This document shows, piece after piece, positions 26,815-36,114 of a DNA stretch of 64,000 nt; position 1 is the first letter of the stretch; every line of letters begins with the position of its first letter. Both the position numbers and the translations under genes were made by a program. The notes under the pieces were generated by a model. It did no database searches. It saw only the letters and a program-made list of their open reading frames with translations, and had not been told where the DNA came from. This stretch comes from Alphaproteobacteria bacterium (GTDB taxonomy: Bacteria; Pseudomonadota; Alphaproteobacteria; SP197): contig OZ245842.1 in NCBI GenBank assembly GCA_965228895.1, positions 160,001 through 224,000 of the forward strand, read 5' to 3'.

Positions 26815-28056
26815 CTAGTCCATGAGCCAGACGATCCAGCCATAGGCGATGATCATCGAAACGACGGTGACCGGCAGATTGATTAATGTGAACTGCCAGA
26901 AGGTGAAGGGTTTCTGGCCGAACTTCTCGGTCTGCTGAACAACGATGACATTGCTCGCTGCGCTGATGATGAAAAGGTTGCCGGCTAGCGTACTCATGGC
27001 CGCTAGCAGGATCAGCTCCGGCGTCTCCGGTTCATGCAGCAGACCCAGATAGATCTCGACCGTCGGTACGTTGGAGAAGAGCTGGCTGGCGCCGAAACCG
27101 ACGGCCGTGATGACGTTGGGATCGTCCAGGTGTTCCATCAGCGGGCCCAGCGTGTTCTCGACATCGCCGGAGGCCAGCACCGAACCGGTGACCACGAACA
27201 TGGCAACAAAGAAGATCAGCGTCGCCCAATCGACCTCGGTGAAGAGCTTCAGGCGGTGGTTGCTGAACAGATAGATCGGCAGGCACGCGATCAGGCCGAG
27301 CCAGCCGAGCTCGATCGCCATGTCGGGCACAACCTCGCGCATCACCGCGTCGGCACCGATCAGGACGACCAGGAGAGCCGCCGAAGCATAGGCCGGCCAC
27401 GTCTGATGGGTTGTTGCAGGTTCCGGCGCTTGCCAGCCCGAGGTGTCGATTTCCGGCTCGCGGGAAAGACACAGCGCCAGCCAGGCAAACGCAAAGACCA
27501 TGGCGACGACGGTCGGCACGATCAGCCAGGTGACGAAGGCGACGAACGGGTTTGTGAAGCCGGGCTCGGCCGCGATCAGGATGTTCTGGGGATTGCCGAT
27601 CGGCGTCAGCATGCTGCCGATAGTGACGGCCGCGCACAGTGCGATCAGGAAGACCGTCGGACGGACGCGAAACGCCTGGGCCAGGGTCAGCGCCACCGCC
27701 GTCCCGATGACGGCGGCAGCGTCGTTGGTATAGATCGCCGCACCCAGCCCGGTCAGCACCATAAAGCCGGCCAAGGCCGCCGGTTTGCCGTGGCGGTGCG
27801 CGGCGAGCCAAGCGCTCAGTCGGTGCGGCGCACCGCCGTGATAGAGCGCGATGCCGATCGAAAACACGCCGAACAGATAGGCGATGATGTTCCAGTCGAT
27901 ATAGCCGAAGGCGCCGACCGGGCTGACCTGGCCCGTCGCCACGATGACGACGGCGCCGGCCAGCATGACGTGCCAGATCCTGAGCCAGGAAGGCAGCCAC
28001 TGACGAACGGCAATGATCGTGAAGATCAGTATCGCGACAAGGGTACTGACCGACAT
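26815..28056 (-). CDS. ArsB/NhaD (IT superfamily) anion permease
   Basis: TNDAA, GSMLTPIGNPQN, VDWATLIFF, SQLFSNVP, STLAGNL...AASNVIV. Confidence 0.88.
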   Translation of the reverse strand: MSVSTLVAILIFTIIAVRQWLPSWLRIWHVMLAGAVVIVATGQVSPVGAFGYIDWNIIAYLFGVFSIGIALYHGGAPHRLSAWLAAHRHGKPAALAGFMVLTGLGAAIYTNDAAAVIGTAVALTLAQAFRVRPTVFLIALCAAVTIGSMLTPIGNPQNILIAAEPGFTNPFVAFVTWLIVPTVVAMVFAFAWLALCLSREPEIDTSGWQAPEPATTHQTWPAYASAALLVVLIGADAVMREVVPDMAIELGWLGLIACLPIYLFSNHRLKLFTEVDWATLIFFVAMFVVTGSVLASGDVENTLGPLMEHLDDPNVITAVGFGASQLFSNVPTVEIYLGLLHEPETPELILLAAMSTLAGNLFIISAASNVIVVQQTEKFGQKPFTFWQFTLINLPVTVVSMIIAYGWIVWLMD

Positions 28057-28202
28057 AAACGGCAATCTCGCAACACGCTAAGACGATGCGGGCGCGCCCC
28101 AACCCACGAGGCTGCTATATCACATAATGATGCTGGAAGCGCGTCGCGATGGACCCAGAGGCAGCAAGACGGTGTCGAGGAGGTCCGGTCCAACGCGACC
28201 GA

Positions 28203-28982
28203 TCATCTCTTCAGCGTGTCATCGTAGCCAAAGAGCGTAAAGTCTTTCTGATAGAGGCTGCGGACGATGTCCTCACACTCGTTGTTATAGTAATTCAGTA
28301 AATAATTTTGTGCATTTGATTTATGTTGTCGAACCTCTTGTTGAAATTCATATCTCTGTCCGGGAAACACCGCAGCCGATACCTGGGCCAAATCGTTCTC
28401 TAAGGTTTCCGTCTTTCCAACAAAGTCCAGGTTATTGAAACCAATCAGACGCGCGTATCTCTCCTGGGGGATCCAGTGGGGATCATCATGTAGTCCACCA
28501 TTCTTCAGGTATCGACAGAATGTATCGAAGCTTATCTCGGCTCCGTCACGCAAGCCGAGACACTCCCGGACAAGGTTCTTGAACTCTGGAGGTCGAGGTT
28601 TGCCGTCGAATACGATCTTGTCCAAGTATGCCGATAGAACCCGGCCGAACGGCTCACGTACGACGATGAACTTGAAGTAGTCGGCCTTGGCCCTTCTCGC
28701 CTCCTTGAATGTCAGCTCGCGAGGGTCATGAAAACTCTGCTTGGCGTGACCACCGCTATCAGGCAGGCGTCCGTGAATCATCCAATAGAGCGTGTAGGCG
28801 ACCGTTGTGTTCGCAGCCTTCGGGATGCGGACATAGATGAATTGGTGCTCGTGATTGATCGCGACTCTGGAATCAATATGTCGAAGATGAAAACTCCAAC
28901 TCTCTGGCGCGGAGATGTAAAATGGCCGCAGGCACCACATGGCCGAACGCACTGAGGATTTTGCCCGTCGCCACGCCCTCAT
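28203..28982 (-). CDS. Sulfotransferase family 2 (HNK-1 / chondroitin sulfotransferase type)
   Basis: 5'-PSB motif YVRIPKAANT, 3'-PB motif VVREPFGRVLSAY, HWIPQ, DFVGKTE, LYQKDFTLFGY; visibly AT-richer than the flanks; ATG at 28982 with a GGAG RBS. Confidence 0.88.
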   Translation of the reverse strand: MRAWRRAKSSVRSAMWCLRPFYISAPESWSFHLRHIDSRVAINHEHQFIYVRIPKAANTTVAYTLYWMIHGRLPDSGGHAKQSFHDPRELTFKEARRAKADYFKFIVVREPFGRVLSAYLDKIVFDGKPRPPEFKNLVRECLGLRDGAEISFDTFCRYLKNGGLHDDPHWIPQERYARLIGFNNLDFVGKTETLENDLAQVSAAVFPGQRYEFQQEVRQHKSNAQNYLLNYYNNECEDIVRSLYQKDFTLFGYDDTLKR

Positions 28983-29470
28983 ACAGTTATCTCCGTTGCT
29001 TGATTGTGTTGCTGTTGTCGATGGCGGGTGACGTCCCAAATGGAATAGTCTCGATCGTAAACCAGGACAACTTGAACCCACAAACAGCAACACAGAACTT
29101 TGCGTGATCAAGAGCAAGTCAGGCCAGTAGAAGAATCCGTCATTTTTTATTGCTTTGGCCGATTGGAATGGTGGATTGCGGTGGGTGCGCGGTTCATCGA
29201 GACGGCGCTCTCGGGCGTTCACGGACGATATTCAAGCGCTGCGTGAGACCGGTTCGATACAATCGATGATGGTGCCGACTGCGTTAATCCGGGAGTGCGC
29301 GGTCACGGTGATGAACGCCTTGCGGTATTTTTGGATGCAAACCGTCGCTTCCTGACCCGTGGCCTTGTCCTATCACAGTCTCTAGTGTTGAGGTGTCACG
29401 AGATAGACGGACGTCACCCGGACAGGTTAGGAATCCCCGGATAAAGGCTCGCGTCGAAGGAGACAGCTTG

Positions 29471-31756
29471 ATGCCGCTTGATAACGAACTCACCCCGCGC
29501 CGATCATTCGACAAGGTTGGCACCCGTCCTCTGCGCCCTGACGGCGTCGATAAGGTCACCGGCCGTGCCCGTTATGGCGCCGATGTCGCCGATGCCAACA
29601 TGCTGGTCGGTATGGTCCTGCGCAGCCCGCATGCGCACGCCCGTATCGTCTCGATCAACACCAAGAAGGCAAAGAAGTTGGCGGGTGTGAAAGCGGTGGT
29701 TACCCGAGACGATTTCCCGCACCTGAAAGGCGATCAGACGATCAAGGGCGAGGAAGAGGAGAACATGTGGGACGTCGCGCAGAACGTCATGGCGCGCGAC
29801 AAGGTGCTCTACGAAGGCCACGCGGTTGCCGCCGTGGCCGCGACCAGCAAGGCGGCCGCCCGCGAGGCGCTGCGGCTGATCAAGGTCAAGTACGAGATCC
29901 TGCCGCACGTCACCGATGTCGACGCTGCGATGCAGGCTGACGCCCCGCTGCTGCATGACGATATGTTCACCGCCGGCATGGAGCCTGCGCCCAAGAAACC
30001 CTCCAACATCGCCGAGTACTCCGAGATCGCCATGGGCGATGTCGAAAAGGGTTTCGCCGAGGCCGATGTGGTCATCGAACGCTCGTTCCGCACCGAAGCC
30101 GCCCATCAAGGCTATATCGAGCCCCATGCCTGTTTCGCCTCGGTCTCCGAGGACGGTTTGGCCGAGCTTTGGTGCTGCACCCAGGGCCACTACACCGTGC
30201 GCGCCATGTGCGCGGCGATCCTGGGCTGGGATCTCGCCAGCCTGCGCGTGACCTCGTCGGAGATTGGCGGCGGTTTCGGTGGCAAGACAACGGTGTTCCT
30301 GGAGCCGGTCGCGCTGGCGCTGGCCAAGAAGGCGCATCGTCCGGTCAAGATGGTGATGAGCCGTGACGAGGTGCTGCGCGCGTCGGGCCCGACGTCCAGC
30401 ACCAGCATGACCATGAAAATCGGCGTCACCCGCGACGGCCGTATCACGGCGGGTGAGGGTGTCTACAAGTTCCAGGGCGGCGCCTTCGCCGGTTCGCCGG
30501 TGCCTTATGGCGCGGCCTGCGCCTTCGCGCCTTATGACACACCCAACGTTATGCTGCGCTGCTACGACGTTGTTACCAACCGGCCCAAGCAGGCGGCCTA
30601 CCGCGCACCGGGCGCGCCCATGGCGGCCCTGCCGGTCGAGGCGCTGCTGGATGAACTGGCCGAGGCGATCGGCATGAATCCGATCGAGCTGAGGCGCAAG
30701 AACGCGGTGAAGGAAGGTTCGTCATCGGCCTATGGACCGACCTTCGGGCCGATCGGCATGATTGAGAGCCTCGACGCGGTCCAGAACCATGAGGCGCTGA
30801 AGACGCCGCTGAAGGCCAATCAGGGGCGCGGCATCGCGTCCGGTTTCTGGCCCAACTATGGCGGCCAGACCTGCGTCACCCTCAACATCAATACCGACGG
30901 TACCGCGCTGTTGTCCCTGGGCACGCCAGACATCGGCGGCAGCCGCGCCTCCATGTGCCTGATGGCCGCCGAAGAACTCGGCGTCGCTTATGAGAACATC
31001 AAGGCGATCATCGCCGACACCAGCGCGCTCGGGCACAACGACACCACGGGCGGCAGCCGCGTGACCCATTCGGCCGGTATGGCGACGATCGACGCCGCCC
31101 AGGACGCCATCGCCAAGATGCGCGAGCGCGCCGCCCAGATCTGGGGCATCGATGCCGACGCGGTCGTCTGGCGCGACGGCGCGGCCCATCCCTCCGGCCA
31201 CAACGCCGGCGATTTCGAGCCGATGAGCCTGGCCGAACTCGCCGCCATGGCGCCCCAGACCGGCGGCCCGATCGCCGGTCACGCGGAGATCAACGCCGAG
31301 GGCGCGGGCAACAGCTTCAGCACCCATTTGGTCGATGTCGAGGTCGACCCGGAAACCGGCCACGTAACGATCCTGCGCTATCTGGTGGTGCAGGACGCCG
31401 GCAAGGCGATCCATCCGGACTATGTGGAAGGCCAGTATCAGGGCGGCGCGGTCCAGGGCATCGGTTGGGCGCTCAACGAAGAGTACGTCTATGGTGAGGA
31501 CGGGCGGCTACAGAACCCGAGCTTCCTGGACTACCGCATTCCCGTCTGCTCGGACGTGCCGATGATCGACACGGTGATCGTCGAGGTGCCGAACCCCGGT
31601 CATCCCTACGGCGTGCGCGGTGTCGGCGAGACGCCGATCGTGCCACCGCTTGCCGCCGTCACCAACGCGGTGTCGCGGGCGATCGGCGAGCGCCTGAGCG
31701 ATATCCCGATGTCGCCGCCCAAGATCCTGGCCGCGATCGAGGCGGCCAAGGGCTAA
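29471..31756 (+). CDS. Xanthine dehydrogenase/CoxL-family molybdopterin-binding subunit
   Basis: DKVTGRARY, LRSPHAHA, QGYIEP, IGGGFGGK, AYRAPG, VEVDPETG, GGAVQGIGWAL, GVRGVGE. Confidence 0.95.
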   Translation: MPLDNELTPRRSFDKVGTRPLRPDGVDKVTGRARYGADVADANMLVGMVLRSPHAHARIVSINTKKAKKLAGVKAVVTRDDFPHLKGDQTIKGEEEENMWDVAQNVMARDKVLYEGHAVAAVAATSKAAAREALRLIKVKYEILPHVTDVDAAMQADAPLLHDDMFTAGMEPAPKKPSNIAEYSEIAMGDVEKGFAEADVVIERSFRTEAAHQGYIEPHACFASVSEDGLAELWCCTQGHYTVRAMCAAILGWDLASLRVTSSEIGGGFGGKTTVFLEPVALALAKKAHRPVKMVMSRDEVLRASGPTSSTSMTMKIGVTRDGRITAGEGVYKFQGGAFAGSPVPYGAACAFAPYDTPNVMLRCYDVVTNRPKQAAYRAPGAPMAALPVEALLDELAEAIGMNPIELRRKNAVKEGSSSAYGPTFGPIGMIESLDAVQNHEALKTPLKANQGRGIASGFWPNYGGQTCVTLNINTDGTALLSLGTPDIGGSRASMCLMAAEELGVAYENIKAIIADTSALGHNDTTGGSRVTHSAGMATIDAAQDAIAKMRERAAQIWGIDADAVVWRDGAAHPSGHNAGDFEPMSLAELAAMAPQTGGPIAGHAEINAEGAGNSFSTHLVDVEVDPETGHVTILRYLVVQDAGKAIHPDYVEGQYQGGAVQGIGWALNEEYVYGEDGRLQNPSFLDYRIPVCSDVPMIDTVIVEVPNPGHPYGVRGVGETPIVPPLAAVTNAVSRAIGERLSDIPMSPPKILAAIEAAKG

Positions 31757-31760
31757 GACC

Positions 31761-32006
31761 TTGGTCGAGGTCCGGCTCGGCGCGACGCTGCGGTCGAAGG
31801 CCGGCGGCCGCGCCTCATTCGAGGTCGAAGCCGGCACCATCATGCAGGTATTGCGCGAGCTCGGCGAACGCTACCCCGAGCTCCAGCCGATCCTGGACAA
31901 GGGCGTCGCCGTTGCCATCGACGGCCAGCTCTACCGCAACGCCCAACTGCAACAGGTGCCCGAAGGCGCAGAGGTCTATTTGATGCCCCGCGTGGCGGGG
32001 GGATGA
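31761..32006 (+). CDS. MoaD/ThiS sulfur-carrier family protein
   Basis: 81-aa ubiquitin-like protein ending PRVAGG (C-terminal di-glycine). Confidence 0.88.
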   Translation: MVEVRLGATLRSKAGGRASFEVEAGTIMQVLRELGERYPELQPILDKGVAVAIDGQLYRNAQLQQVPEGAEVYLMPRVAGG

Positions 32007-32059
32007 CGCAGGCAGCTTTCTTCTGACTTCGGCTGGCAGCCGCAGGCAATCTCCCTGGA

Positions 32060-32302
32060 CTAGGGTGCCGCGCTCAACCAGGCGTGTGTTTCGTCGTCCA
32101 GGCGCACCAGGCGGCGGCCGGACGGGCCGGTGACGATGACCGCGACAGGTCGCTTGGCGGCCATCAGCCAGGGTCCGCAGAGTGTGGTGCCGGCCGCGCA
32201 TTCCTCCAGAACGACCGGCGTGAAGACGAGATCGCCAACTGACAGCGATGGTCCGCGGCGCAATCGTCTGTGCGCGTTGCCTAGTTTCGATTCAGAAGCC
32301 AT
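32060..32302 (-). CDS. Small protein resembling a truncated YtfJ paralog
   Basis: GPSLSVGDLVFTPVV and KRPVAVIV echo GEPTTHNGVTIIPLV and IRPVAVII of the upstream YtfJ-like protein; GGAGG RBS; overlaps the upstream gene. Confidence 0.55.
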   Translation of the reverse strand: MASESKLGNAHRRLRRGPSLSVGDLVFTPVVLEECAAGTTLCGPWLMAAKRPVAVIVTGPSGRRLVRLDDETHAWLSAAP

Positions 32303-32838
32303 CGCCGCACCTCCGGCGAGAAGGCGAACGCGGCCATCGGTGACAGAAGCGTTATCGGAACAATGCGGATTTCGCCCGTTCCCACACCTTCAAAGTAGGG
32401 ACCTGCGAAGTCGGGTGTCAGGGCAACGCGCGTTCGCGGCAGCGCGTTCGCCATGGCCACGACGGGCGCCGTATAGCCGGCCAGTTCCCCGGTCGAAGCG
32501 GGATCGTCGGTTCCGACGGTGAGGTCGAGCTCGACGCGGCGGATTTGGATACGACCAAGGAGGTCGCCGAAAAGATCCAAACCGCGCCATAAAACGTCCG
32601 AACTCGGCTTTCTGCCCCGTCGCTTCTTCTTTCCGGGCGTTCGCTTTTGTGGGGCGGACGGCTCCTTATCGCCCCTAGACGTCCGAACGCGAACAAGGCC
32701 AAAGAGCCAACCGATCTCAAGCGTCAGACGCAGACGTTTTTGCGCCTCCAGATGTGCGGTGACGTCGACGGGCACGGCAAGCGCAACGATCGTGACGCCG
32801 ACAAGTCCCAGCACAGTCCACAGCAGGACCTCAAGCAT
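32281..32838 (-). CDS. DUF2953 (YtfI-like) membrane-anchored protein
   Basis: N-terminal TM helix, basic linker KKKRRGRK, GTDDPASTGELAG and TPDF motifs typical of DUF2953. Confidence 0.75.
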   Translation of the reverse strand: MLEVLLWTVLGLVGVTIVALAVPVDVTAHLEAQKRLRLTLEIGWLFGLVRVRTSRGDKEPSAPQKRTPGKKKRRGRKPSSDVLWRGLDLFGDLLGRIQIRRVELDLTVGTDDPASTGELAGYTAPVVAMANALPRTRVALTPDFAGPYFEGVGTGEIRIVPITLLSPMAAFAFSPEVRRWLLNRN

Positions 32839-32856
32839 GCGGATTCACCCGGCGTG

Positions 32857-33222
32857 CTAGGTTCCCTCCGTTGTTCCGGGCTCGTCCTTGGACTTGCGCG
32901 TGCTCTCGACGACCTTGCCGACGGCTTCGCCCAGCGTCTCAACAATTGTCGCTCTGCTATCCCGGATCGACTGGATACGGCTGCCGTTCTCATCGATGAT
33001 TATCACGGCCACTGGGCGGATACCGCCGCCACCGCCGGTACCGGTTCCCGTGGAATCGTCCTTGCGCTTGGACCCGCCAGCGCCGAAACCAAAGCCGAAG
33101 CTGACAAGCGGGATGATGGTCACACCGTTATGGGTCGTGGGTTCGCCGATAACGTTCTGCACCTTCAGGAGCTTGTCGAGCTCGCCCACCGACTGCTTCA
33201 AGAGAGCATCTACGTCTGCCAT
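32857..33222 (-). CDS. GerW/YtfJ family protein
   Basis: NVIGEP...TIIPLVSFGFGFGAGG...GTGGGGGIRPVAVIII; ATG at 33222 with a GGGGAGG RBS. Confidence 0.88.
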   Translation of the reverse strand: MADVDALLKQSVGELDKLLKVQNVIGEPTTHNGVTIIPLVSFGFGFGAGGSKRKDDSTGTGTGGGGGIRPVAVIIIDENGSRIQSIRDSRATIVETLGEAVGKVVESTRKSKDEPGTTEGT

Positions 33223-33278
33223 GGGACCTCCCCGGTTCTGTGCCCTCGACTTGGTAGGCGACCTGGAGGCAAGCCACA

Positions 33279-33292
33279 TTGACCTGCGTCAA
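33279..33292. promoter_or_regulatory. FNR/FixK-type box TTGAC-N4-GTCAA
   Basis: TTGACCTGCGTCAA with perfectly symmetric half-sites, centred about 63 nt upstream of the ytfJ-like start. Confidence 0.6.
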
Positions 33293-33324
33293 GTGGCATT
33301 GCGCGGCAAACAAGCTGTCTTGAC

Positions 33325-34212
33325 TCAGACCACCTTTTGCAGGGCCTCGATGTGGTCGACGCGGATACCGCAGCAGCCGCCGATGACCTGAACGCCACGA
33401 CCGAGCCAGCGCTGGGCATTCGCGGCGTAGTCGTCCGGTGTGATGGTGCCGTCGAAGACCCATTTACCGTCAATTTCGTCACCCGTGTGGGCATAGACGC
33501 CGACGGGTCCGTTCCAATGCTCATCGACAACGTCGAGGCAGGCGTCGATGTGTTTGACCTCGGTGTGCATGATGTTGATCAGCGGGACGCCCTTGTCCTT
33601 GAGCACGGCGAGCACATCGGCTAGCGGACCGCCTTTCCACAAACACACGGTGCCGGTGTCGTCGGGCTCGCAGGTCAGGCCGACCCAGACCGGCAGGCCG
33701 CTTGACCGGGCCGCATCGAGCGTGACCAGCATCTGCTCGCTGTCGATCATCATCTCCAGCATCAGGAGGTCGGCGCCGGCATCCGCCATGATCGCCGCCT
33801 GTTGGGCGGCGTTCTCGCTCAGAACATCGAGCGTTGGCGGATTATCCGTCCACGTCCAGTACGAGATGCCGCCGGCGACCAGGACGTCCGGCGTTGCCAA
33901 ACGCTCGCGCGCCTCGATGGCAAGCTCCACGGCACGCCTGTTGTAGTCCTCGAACTGGTCGGCGACGCCGGCGTCTTCCAACGCGTGACGATGCGTCGCG
34001 AACGTGTTGGAAATGACGATCTGGGCGCCGTGGCGGATGTAGTCTTCGTGGATGCCGCGCACGATGTCCGGGTGGCTCAGCGTACCGCCGCCGTTCCAGG
34101 CGTTTTCCAGATGCGGCACGCCGCGCCGATCGACCTCGGTGCCGGTCGCCCCGTCGATCAGGATGCGCTCGCCGTTCTGGATGCGGCGCATCAGGTTGTC
34201 ATAGCGGTTCAT
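33325..34212 (-). CDS. Homocysteine S-methyltransferase family protein
   Basis: ILIDGATGTE, HEDYIRHGA, GADLLMLEMM, IGGCCGI (Zn ligands). Start at MNRYDN. Confidence 0.9.
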   Translation of the reverse strand: MNRYDNLMRRIQNGERILIDGATGTEVDRRGVPHLENAWNGGGTLSHPDIVRGIHEDYIRHGAQIVISNTFATHRHALEDAGVADQFEDYNRRAVELAIEARERLATPDVLVAGGISYWTWTDNPPTLDVLSENAAQQAAIMADAGADLLMLEMMIDSEQMLVTLDAARSSGLPVWVGLTCEPDDTGTVCLWKGGPLADVLAVLKDKGVPLINIMHTEVKHIDACLDVVDEHWNGPVGVYAHTGDEIDGKWVFDGTITPDDYAANAQRWLGRGVQVIGGCCGIRVDHIEALQKVV

Positions 34213-34250
34213 GATCGAAGTCCTCGTGATGTGGTCTGTCGGCAGTTGTT

Positions 34251-36029
34251 TTAGTCGAGCAAGCCGGCGGCCTTTAGGCCGGAAAGTGAATGCTCGGCGA
34301 GCTCCGGGCGGTTGCCGGCGAGGTTTTCGATTTGCGCCGCCAGGTGCTGCGGCGTCATGGCGGGATTGGCGCGCAGCGCGCGGTCCATCGCCTGCTTGGC
34401 CTCGTCGTAGCGGCCGAGCTGGCCGAGCGCGTTGGCAAGCGTCACCCAGGCGCCGGCATAGCCAGGCTGGGCCTCGACGCTTTTGCGCGCGAACGTGACC
34501 GCTTCCTCGGCCCGGTTGTCGCGTGCGCAGGCATTGGCCTTGAAGTAGTGCCAATAGGGCACCATCGGATGGTTTGGCGCGGCGGCCAGGATGCGGTCGA
34601 GGACAGCGTGGCCCTCCTGCAACTCGTCGCCCGTGCCGCCATAGGCGAGCGTGCGGCCAAGCCTTCCCCAACTATGGAAATCGAACGGCGCGATCGCGAC
34701 CGCGCGGCGTAGCGCTCTGACGGCCTTGTCGTGTTCGCCGCAATTGCTCAACACGTTGCCCAGCGCGCGCAGGACAACGGGGTCGTCGGCCGACAACTCG
34801 CTCGCCCGCTCGACGGCGGCCAGCGCTGCCGCACGGTCCTCGTCGGGCCTGTCGCTCAAGCCGTTCATGACGCGCTGCATCAGGACCGACGCCAGGCTTG
34901 CATGGGCGCCGGCATAGTTCGGATCGATGGCGATGGCTTCTTGCGCAAAGGCAAGCGCGTCGTCGCCGGCATTGCGATTGATCGGCAGGTTCTGGGCCCT
35001 TGCCTTCTGCACGAGGCCCCAGGCGTCCAGGCTCTCGGTCGGCCGGCGCCGGGCGCGCTGCCATTCGGCGCGCAGAAATTCGCCGCCGAAGGCGATGACG
35101 ATGGATTCGGCGATCTCCTCCTGCACGGCAAAGAGGTCGTCGAGTTGGCGCTGATAGGTCTCCGACCACAACTGGCTGCGGTCGGCGGCGTCGGACAGTT
35201 CGGCGGTGACGCGTATGCGGTCGCCGGCGCGCCGCACGCTGCCGGTCAGCACATAACGAAGCTGCAGGTCGCGGACCACCTGCCACATATCCTCGCTGCG
35301 GCCGCGATGCGCGAAGGTCGCGGGTCTTGAGGCGACGCGCAGGTCGTTGATCTTCGACAGCATGCCGATGATTTCCATCGCGATCCCGTCGGCCAGATAC
35401 GCATCGTCGGGGTCCGGCGACAGGCTTTCAAAGGGAAAGACGGCGATAGACCCGCGCGCCTCTTCGAGACGAGGCGGCGCCGGTTGATCGGACGGCGCAC
35501 GGCTAGACGGCGCGGCCTTGCTGGAGATCCGGTAGGCGTGAATGGGTTCGGCGATGTTCTTGACCGTCTGCTCGCCCAGATCGACATGGTCGAGATCCAG
35601 ACGGTTCTTGATCTGCTCGAACACCGCGCGCGAGGCGCAGATGCCGCCGGGTTCGGCGAGACCTTCCAGGCGCGAGGCGACGTTGACGCCGTCGCCGTGA
35701 ATGTCCTCGTCTTCGATGATCACATCGCCCAGGTTGATACCGATACGGAACTGCAGCGACTGGTCGCGTGCCTTGTCCTGTTCGCGTTCGCTGACGCCTT
35801 TTTGCCAGGCGACCGCGCATTCGACCGCCTCGACAACGCTTTGGAACTCCAGCAGCAGCCCGTCGCCCATCAGCTTGACGATGCGGCCCTTGTGCTGGGC
35901 GATGATCGGCTCCAGGAAGTCATGGCGCAGCGTCTTCAAATGCGCGTGCGTGCCGACCTCATCCGCGCCCATCAGGCGCGAATAGCCGACCACGTCCGCT
36001 GCAAGTATGGCCGCCAGGCGTCGCTGCAT
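34251..36029 (-). CDS. Class III adenylate/guanylate cyclase with TolB-like and TPR domains
   Basis: RRLAAILAADVVGYSRLM, KLMGDG, FRIGINLGDV, GDGVNVASRL, SIAVFPF, YVLTGSVRRAGDRIRV, C-terminal TPRs. Confidence 0.95.
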   Translation of the reverse strand: MQRRLAAILAADVVGYSRLMGADEVGTHAHLKTLRHDFLEPIIAQHKGRIVKLMGDGLLLEFQSVVEAVECAVAWQKGVSEREQDKARDQSLQFRIGINLGDVIIEDEDIHGDGVNVASRLEGLAEPGGICASRAVFEQIKNRLDLDHVDLGEQTVKNIAEPIHAYRISSKAAPSSRAPSDQPAPPRLEEARGSIAVFPFESLSPDPDDAYLADGIAMEIIGMLSKINDLRVASRPATFAHRGRSEDMWQVVRDLQLRYVLTGSVRRAGDRIRVTAELSDAADRSQLWSETYQRQLDDLFAVQEEIAESIVIAFGGEFLRAEWQRARRRPTESLDAWGLVQKARAQNLPINRNAGDDALAFAQEAIAIDPNYAGAHASLASVLMQRVMNGLSDRPDEDRAAALAAVERASELSADDPVVLRALGNVLSNCGEHDKAVRALRRAVAIAPFDFHSWGRLGRTLAYGGTGDELQEGHAVLDRILAAAPNHPMVPYWHYFKANACARDNRAEEAVTFARKSVEAQPGYAGAWVTLANALGQLGRYDEAKQAMDRALRANPAMTPQHLAAQIENLAGNRPELAEHSLSGLKAAGLLD

Positions 36030-36114
36030 GCCCTGCCTCCCTAAAGACAGAGACTAACGATCTAGGGCCTCGGAATCTATGTCACTGACAAGACGTTCGC
36101 ATGCCCAAGTCGGG

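Noticed and set aside
29471-31756. Aerobic CO dehydrogenase CoxL
   Set aside because: The loop is AYRAPG, not form I AYxCSFR or form II AYxGAGR, and coxS/coxM are absent.
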